DNA of 64,000 nt from a virus (Duplodnaviria > Caudoviricetes). The translations under genes were made by a program, and so were the position numbers. The DNA lies in IMG/VR virus record IMGVR_UViG_2882674194_000007, positions 1 through 64,000 of that record. One strand, given 5' to 3'. The notes under the pieces were generated by a model. The model had not been told where the DNA came from. It made no database searches and saw only the letters and a list, made by a program, of their open reading frames with translations. Shown here piece after piece: positions 58,210-64,000 of this stretch; the first letter of the stretch is position 1; each line of letters opens with the position of its first letter.

Positions 58210-58938
58210 ATGAAAGAATTTAGAGTAGCAAAGTGTTTAGGAAATGACGGTGTACAGGAATATGCGATTTTTGCGGACGGATCAAGAAAGAAGCGCATTT
58301 ATATTGACGAACAGTACGGAAAGTATTTTGAGGTTGACAATGAACTCAATACGGATTGTAAAACGTGTTTAAAATATAGCTTTTCTGGAAGAATCAAAGA
58401 TGCTATTGACACAATTAAAAGTGGGAATGGTGATTGCATCAAGCAGATTAATTTTTTCGGAAAACATGATAAAGTTTTATACTTCATTGATCGGAAGGTT
58501 GGAGAAGAACTGAGACAAAAGTCACTTGAAGGATGGAAAGATACAAAGTTTGCATGGGCAGTAGAATGTGGGAATAAGAATAGTTTTTCTGGATATGCTC
58601 CAATTAATTTAAAAGGAGAAAGAATTTCAATGTTTGATGAAGAAAGAACTGTTAAAACATTTGACACAAAAGATAAGGCAGAAGAGTATGTTAAAGGTTT
58701 GTTGGAAAAAGCTGCTTTCTATGCAAAGAGACTGGCAAATAGATATCACGAAGCTGAAGAAGATGAAAAAGAAAATGTAATTGATCAGACAATTAAAGAT
58801 ATAAATGAATTTGCTGGAACTCAGTTTAGTGTTTTGAGTGACTTTGTATTCGATATGCTTACAGGAGATTGCGAACTTAAATCTTTTGAGTGTACGCTTG
58901 ATGAATATGGATATAAGATTATTCAGTGCATTGCATAA
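58210..58938 (+). CDS. Hypothetical protein
   Basis: GAGG RBS before MKEF. Confidence 0.7.
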   Translation: MKEFRVAKCLGNDGVQEYAIFADGSRKKRIYIDEQYGKYFEVDNELNTDCKTCLKYSFSGRIKDAIDTIKSGNGDCIKQINFFGKHDKVLYFIDRKVGEELRQKSLEGWKDTKFAWAVECGNKNSFSGYAPINLKGERISMFDEERTVKTFDTKDKAEEYVKGLLEKAAFYAKRLANRYHEAEEDEKENVIDQTIKDINEFAGTQFSVLSDFVFDMLTGDCELKSFECTLDEYGYKIIQCIA

Positions 58939-58964
58939 TAGGCAACGAAAGGAAGGTAAATAGT

Positions 58965-59165
58965 GTGAAATATATTAAAGGTAAAGGAATATTAGTTGGA
59001 ACATATAATGAAAATGATTTGAAAAATGGTAAAGATAAAATCGATGTATTGAATATATCTAAAGAAACAGGATTTAACTATACAAATAATGAGTTTGTAA
59101 AAAGAAATGGAAAAATTGTTGGAATTAAAATTTATGTTTGTAAAATAGAAGATTTTAAAATATAG
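58965..59165 (+). CDS. Hypothetical protein
   Basis: GGAAGG RBS, GTG start. Confidence 0.6.
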   Translation: MKYIKGKGILVGTYNENDLKNGKDKIDVLNISKETGFNYTNNEFVKRNGKIVGIKIYVCKIEDFKI

Positions 59166-59343
59166 GGTAGAAATCGTGGAAACATATAGAAGATATGTGG
59201 AAGTGGAAGCACAGGACGAAGATGCAGCTTATCAGGATATAGATGATAAGATTGCAGAAGGTGAGATTGATCTTTCTTGTGATGGAGAAGATTATAAGTA
59301 TGATAGAGAATTGTTTGTGTTGGAAGTTAAAGAAAATGAGTGA
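59158..59343 (+). pseudogene. Second DpnD/PcfM-like ORF lacking a clear start
   Basis: KYRVEIVETYRRYVEVEAQDEDAAY... Confidence 0.55.
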
Positions 59344-59357
59344 TTGGAGGAAATAAA

Positions 59358-59633
59358 ATGAAGATAACAGAAGATATGGTAACGGTTTTTAATCAAACTT
59401 TGGAAAATTTGAATTGTGGATTCAGATTAAAGTTTGAAAATGGAATGTGCGGGAATGGGCAGTGTGTAGTTGTTCCCTCAAATGATATGTTTATTCAAAG
59501 TTCAATCATTAATCTTACAGAGGAATTTTACACGGTTTTGGAAGAGTTCTTTAGCAAAAGAGGTATAGAACTGTCTTACAATAATGATGGTTCTATATTT
59601 TGGAGTAAAGATGGCTGGAAAGACGTTGTGTAA
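59358..59633 (+). CDS. Hypothetical protein
   Basis: GGAGG RBS. Confidence 0.7.
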   Translation: MKITEDMVTVFNQTLENLNCGFRLKFENGMCGNGQCVVVPSNDMFIQSSIINLTEEFYTVLEEFFSKRGIELSYNNDGSIFWSKDGWKDVV

Positions 59634-59679
59634 AACATACAATGAATTTCGCATTTCAAAGCTAAAATGGGAGGTTATT

Positions 59680-60636
59680 ATGACACAAAAGGAATATATG
59701 CTTACAAGAGACATGGGAAATTGGTTATTCTATGCGATGTATACGCTTGGGATGAAAGCAAATGAAGCCACTCTCATGTGGAATAATAAAAACAATGTTG
59801 GTAAAAAACTGATTTGTGAGTGTATAGGTGAAGAAAACAATAAACCAGGAACACGACTTTTTATTCGCAATGTAACAAATATTTTTGTAGATGCTCATAA
59901 GAAAAACGGATGGTGGAATACATTTACTCTTTCTAAAGAAAAAGTTGAGAAGGGTTTATGGCTTGCTGAAGTTATTAGTTATCGCCTTGATAGAAATGGA
60001 TATCTTAATTCAGAAGTAAAAGTTATTATGCCAGTAAATGATATTGCCTTCCATACATTGTTTTCTGAGAAAAAAGGTACTTGGAATAGTAGCGCATGGT
60101 GGCTTATGATGGTAGTTTCTAATGCATTTTTGAGAGAATATGATTTCTCGACACATAGAATAAATCATAAACCAAATTTTGGTGAATTGAAAAAGAGATT
60201 CCCTATATTTGATGGACTATCTGCAAAAGAAATTGGAGAAAAAGCACTCTATATGTATCTCAATAGTAAAATTACTATAGAGGAAATCGAAGATTGTTTA
60301 GACACTCCTAATGATTGGGAAAAACTTATTTCAAATGTATCTTCTGCTGTATTGCGTGGCGATGCCGAAAGGTTATATGGGGATAAATATCCTCTATTCG
60401 CAAAAAAGGTATCTCATAATGTAGAAGATGGATATTCTGATTTTACAGAATGCAATACGGAAAATTATATCAGAAGGCAGATGGATTATTATGATGAACT
60501 GCTGAAAGATGGAAAAATAGAACCAATTGTTGGAGATGTGCTTGATATTGTGGAAACTGCACTTGCTTATAGAAAGTCATTGAAAGATGCTGAAAAAGCA
60601 GAAAAGAAGAGTCAAAAGAAAAATAAAGCAGTTTGA
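59680..60636 (+). CDS. Hypothetical protein
   Basis: GGAGG RBS before MTQKE. Confidence 0.75.
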   Translation: MTQKEYMLTRDMGNWLFYAMYTLGMKANEATLMWNNKNNVGKKLICECIGEENNKPGTRLFIRNVTNIFVDAHKKNGWWNTFTLSKEKVEKGLWLAEVISYRLDRNGYLNSEVKVIMPVNDIAFHTLFSEKKGTWNSSAWWLMMVVSNAFLREYDFSTHRINHKPNFGELKKRFPIFDGLSAKEIGEKALYMYLNSKITIEEIEDCLDTPNDWEKLISNVSSAVLRGDAERLYGDKYPLFAKKVSHNVEDGYSDFTECNTENYIRRQMDYYDELLKDGKIEPIVGDVLDIVETALAYRKSLKDAEKAEKKSQKKNKAV

Positions 60637-60747
60637 TAGGCAATGAAATGTACCTTTTTAGTCCTTTTAATCGGACACATATAATAGTATAATGGAAACA
60701 TAAACGAACAGATCAAAGTCCTACATAGTAGGCAGAAAGGAAAATAT

Positions 60748-60951
60748 ATGGAAACTTTAATTGGATTGGCTGTTATCTTTTGTGTATGCTTTTTACCTGG
60801 AATCATCACAAATATTAAATTTGATAATCGGATGCCACCGGCAGGATATAAAACAGATTACGGTACAATGAGCCATGATTTAGCAATGGGAAAATCTAAG
60901 AATGAAGTGATGAGTAAAGCTAATCGGGGCGGTTATGATGTTAAAAAGTAA
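60748..60951 (+). CDS. Small membrane protein
   Basis: N-terminal TM, own -10 box. Confidence 0.7.
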   Translation: METLIGLAVIFCVCFLPGIITNIKFDNRMPPAGYKTDYGTMSHDLAMGKSKNEVMSKANRGGYDVKK

Positions 60952-61034
60952 ATATGGAAGCGAATAGAAAGCCACTGGAAAATAATCTGGTGGCTTTTAT
61001 AGTGGAGAAAATAAGGAAAGAAGGACAAAATAGA

Positions 61035-61208
61035 ATGGATAAGAATACATACACACTTGGAAAGAAATTTGAATGTTGCGGAAAGACTATGGTAACTGTT
61101 ATAATTAAAGGCAGAGCAGCTTGTGTAATGACAGAGTTGGAATATAACAGGATTATTGAGACAGAGAGGAAATATTTACGGAATAATAGATTAAGAAGAT
61201 CAGCATAG
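61035..61208 (+). CDS. Hypothetical protein
   Basis: AAGGA RBS before MDKN. Confidence 0.6.
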   Translation: MDKNTYTLGKKFECCGKTMVTVIIKGRAACVMTELEYNRIIETERKYLRNNRLRRSA

Positions 61209-61251
61209 ACAGAAAAGGATTATTTCATTGAGAAAATTGGAGGGTTAAAAT

Positions 61252-61578
61252 ATGAGATATACAGAAAGCATTGAAGTTTGTGATGTATGTGGAAAAAGAT
61301 TTTTTGGTTCATCAATAAATATTCATGGTTCATATGATTATATTAATCATACAAATTTTTCAAATAATATAGGAACATTATTTGCTTGGACTAAAGAACT
61401 TTCTGGAAGTGAAAGAGTAGATGCAATCGTAGAAGAATTTTTTAATGACGATGAGCAAATTAGTAAGGAGGATGCTATTGAATTTTTAGAATGCTTTAAA
61501 CACTATAATTATCCTGATAGACAGTTATTAAATGAAGTGTTTAAGAAAATACAAGATAGAATTGATAATATGGATTGA
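61252..61578 (+). CDS. Hypothetical protein
   Basis: GGAGG RBS. Confidence 0.7.
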   Translation: MRYTESIEVCDVCGKRFFGSSINIHGSYDYINHTNFSNNIGTLFAWTKELSGSERVDAIVEEFFNDDEQISKEDAIEFLECFKHYNYPDRQLLNEVFKKIQDRIDNMD

Positions 61579-61644
61579 AATGATTGTTCTATTTGGAAGT
61601 TGATAAAAATATATAATATGAAAAATGGGAAAGAAGGGAAAATA

Positions 61645-62193
61645 ATGGTTGAAGTTATTCAGAATCCAGGCGCAGAAAAGAGTTTTGGGAGTATAGAATT
61701 GGCAGAAAATAATATTAAAAAATTTATTGAAGATTCAGGAATTTATTTTGAATATGAATATAGTGGTCAGAGATTAAACGGAAGATTTGTATTTAATCTT
61801 ATTCATAAAAATATATCCTATGAAATAGGAATGGTGGGAGAAAATATTGAGTCTGTAAGATATATTGATGGGTATACACAAAATATTTGGGATTATCCTA
61901 GATTATATGTCAATGGAAATTCTTATGTATGGTTGTATGCCTTGAAAAATGTTACAGGAGAAACAGAAAAAGAATTATTATTTAGGCTTGGAGTCAATTA
62001 TGATAGAGTATGCAAATTCCAGAAAGTATTGCAAATTGCAAAAGAATGTGGTGCTTGTCCTAAAAGTAAAATGAGTTTTAATGAAATAAAGAAAAAAGTA
62101 GTGGCAGATGAACAAGCGTTGTATAATTATTGTGTTTCAGAATTTCCATGTGAATCCAATAAGTGTGAAATGGATCTTTATTTATTAAAATAA
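61645..62193 (+). CDS. Hypothetical protein
   Basis: Open frame; start uncertain. Confidence 0.65.
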   Translation: MVEVIQNPGAEKSFGSIELAENNIKKFIEDSGIYFEYEYSGQRLNGRFVFNLIHKNISYEIGMVGENIESVRYIDGYTQNIWDYPRLYVNGNSYVWLYALKNVTGETEKELLFRLGVNYDRVCKFQKVLQIAKECGACPKSKMSFNEIKKKVVADEQALYNYCVSEFPCESNKCEMDLYLLK

Positions 62194-62274
62194 AATATTC
62201 ATATAATAGTAATTTGTGTGTGGTTAGAAGGCATTAGTTATAGGAATTAATGCCTTTTATAGTACACACAGATA

Positions 62275-62292
62275 GCAACTATTTATAGTTGC
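62275..62292. promoter_or_regulatory. Palindromic operator of the hicAB promoter
   Basis: GCAACTAT-TT-ATAGTTGC overlapping the -35 box. Confidence 0.6.
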
Positions 62293-62337
62293 ATATTTTC
62301 TCGCAGAGTGGTATATTATATCTAAAGGAGAAATGTC

Positions 62338-62589
62338 ATGAGTAAGAAAGATAAATTGATAGATAGATTACTGAAGAAACCGAAAGACTTTACTTTTGAT
62401 GAAATGGAATCCTTGCTGTCATATTTTGGGTATGAATTAAAACAGGGTGGAACTGGGTCGGGAGTAAAATTTATAAAAGATGGAAGTAATGAAGCAATAA
62501 ACTTCCATAAACCGCATCCAAGTGGAATATTAAAGAGGTATGTGTTGGATCAGGTAATAGAGAAATTAAGAAAGGATGGTTCGCTATGA
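62338..62589 (+). CDS. hicA: HicA-family toxin
   Basis: GTGS...NFHKPHP...LK.Y. Confidence 0.88.
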   Translation: MSKKDKLIDRLLKKPKDFTFDEMESLLSYFGYELKQGGTGSGVKFIKDGSNEAINFHKPHPSGILKRYVLDQVIEKLRKDGSL

Positions 62590-62921
62590 GTAATTTGTTA
62601 TCATATAAGAATTACAACGGTACAGTAGAGTATTCAAAAGAAGATAGTTGCCTTTTCGGAAAGGTAGTTGGAATAAAATCTTTATTGTCTTATGAAGGAA
62701 ATTCTGTACAGGAATTAGAACAAGATTTTCAGAATGTGATTGATGAATACTTAGAGGACTGTAAGGAACGGAATGTAGAGCCTGAACAGCCTTACAAGGG
62801 AACATTTAATGTCAGGATCAGTCCAGAACTTCATCGGAATATTGCCGTATATGCTATTGAACACGGTAAGAGTCTAAATGCTGCTGTTGAGGAAGCTATT
62901 GGAAATATGGTTAGAGCGTAG
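62586..62921 (+). CDS. hicB: HicB-family antitoxin
   Basis: YKNY.G.VEYS...KGTFNVRISPELH...SLN. Confidence 0.9.
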   Translation: MSNLLSYKNYNGTVEYSKEDSCLFGKVVGIKSLLSYEGNSVQELEQDFQNVIDEYLEDCKERNVEPEQPYKGTFNVRISPELHRNIAVYAIEHGKSLNAAVEEAIGNMVRA

Positions 62922-62932
62922 GGAGGTTCTTT

Positions 62933-63229
62933 ATGGAACAATATGAATATGATGATGTATTTTGTGTTGATTGTAATGGATATAGAAGACAAATATTAGC
63001 TGGGGAAAACATATATGATGGAATGTTGAGATACATTTGTACAGAATGTGGATGTGAAAACAACGTAGAAGATAAAGAATATAAAAATATGATTGATACC
63101 TTGAAAAATATTGGAGAAAAAGGTATGTCAGAAAGCAATATTTCTTTAACAGAATATTCTGAAATGCTAAAAGTGTTATGTAATAAATATGGAGAGGAAA
63201 AAGTTAAAAAAGATTTAGGAATGAAATAA
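62933..63229 (+). CDS. Zinc-ribbon hypothetical protein
   Basis: CVDC...CTECG. Confidence 0.7.
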   Translation: MEQYEYDDVFCVDCNGYRRQILAGENIYDGMLRYICTECGCENNVEDKEYKNMIDTLKNIGEKGMSESNISLTEYSEMLKVLCNKYGEEKVKKDLGMK

Positions 63230-63303
63230 TAGTTTTAACTGATGAAACGTATATTTAGTTGCAAAATGGATATATCTATGGTAAAGTGTAAAAGAGGTGA
63301 TAT

Positions 63304-63775
63304 TATGGCAGAAAAAATGTTTAAAATAGAAAATAACCAAAAGGTTTGGAATTTCTTCTTTGAAAGTGCAATGGAGGAATGGGATGCTGAGAATAAAGAA
63401 AAACTAGAAGCAATTATTTGGACAGACAAAGAAAAAGAGTTATATAGTCAGAAGACACATGGAGATATATCTCCACAAAATATTACTCCTTATAGATATG
63501 AAAGTAAAAAGAGAAGAATGTGCCTACAACAATATAAACCTATTGTTTTGGAATTTGAGGAATTTGTTAATAAATCTTTTGATGAAATTACGGCAGATGA
63601 TATTGATAAATTTTCTGGTGTTACAAGTAAGAAAAATAAACTCAATCATCTTAATGCATTCTTGTTAAGTGGAATTAAAAGTGGGATAATAAAGAATACA
63701 AATAAAGATTTTTTGATTAGTTTGTTACCAGATCTATATAGAGAAATTGGAAGAAAAATAGCAGAAATTGAATAG
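63304..63775 (+). CDS. Hypothetical protein (integrase SAM-like core-binding resemblance)
   Basis: KSFDEITADDIDKF; GAGGTG RBS. Confidence 0.55.
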
Positions 63776-64000
63776 AGGACAGGATGGAAAAGAGAAATAT
63801 TATAAGAGATAAATGGATGGGGAAACATACAAAAGAGTTTTATAAAACATATTGGGTAGATAGAGGAAAATATCAAGAGAATAATAATAGAATCAAGAAA
63901 CTTCTTAAAGGGTCTTCTTCTGGATATAGTGAAAACAAATATATAAATCTATTTATTGCAACATGGAAAGTTTATTATTATATCCACAATACCTATGCTT

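Larger units (their letters stand above)
1..64000. mobile_element. Large SPbeta-like temperate phage/prophage segment (no ends or att sites visible)
   Basis: Terminase-portal-head-tail-lysis-tape measure block, YonO-like RNAP, HU, YonJ/YonK-like genes and tRNAs in SPbeta-like order; no host housekeeping genes. Confidence 0.93.

Noticed and set aside
1-64000. CRISPR array or cas genes
   Set aside because: No regularly spaced 25-40-bp repeats and no Cas motifs seen
1-64000. Stop-codon reassignment or suppressor tRNA
   Set aside because: Long genes are intact in code 11 and end in TAA, TAG and TGA; the UGA-anticodon tRNA reads Ser UCA; only isolated in-frame stops occur

Overview
AT-rich 64-kb segment of a large SPbeta-like temperate (pro)phage of a Firmicute; a Lachnospiraceae/Clostridia-type host is inferred. 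Bases ~1-43000 are coded almost entirely on the - strand. In transcription order they hold an antirepressor, a wHTH protein, a deaminase, a YonO-like single-subunit RNA polymerase, tRNAs, a phosphoesterase, HU, a tyrosine recombinase, terminase, portal, head and tail genes, a cysteine desulfurase, lysis genes, a RuvC-like resolvase and the tape-measure gene, with AT-rich cargo genes inserted in the opposite orientation. After a non-coding switch region (43000-44900) the + strand carries an early region of many small genes, a DUF4942-type methyltransferase, a DarA-like domain and hicAB. The most notable signals are non-coding. (1) The tape-measure gene breaks at ...KNVG and is followed by a group-I-intron-like RNA (U-G splice-site helix, P4-P6-like core) and >2.8 kb of cargo with no 3' exon in the window. 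(2) About 20 copies of a 16-bp TGAAA-N6-TTT(C/G)A quasi-palindrome sit at gene and cargo boundaries, like cassette recombination sites. (3) A ~1.45-kb structured ORF-free region contains an internal antisense RNA. (4) There is a type I hammerhead ribozyme. (5) There is a tRNA-Ile(UAU) and two tRNA-like RNAs with shortened anticodon loops. (6) Several genes appear to start at AUA or AUC. All family assignments come from motif recognition by eye, not database searches.
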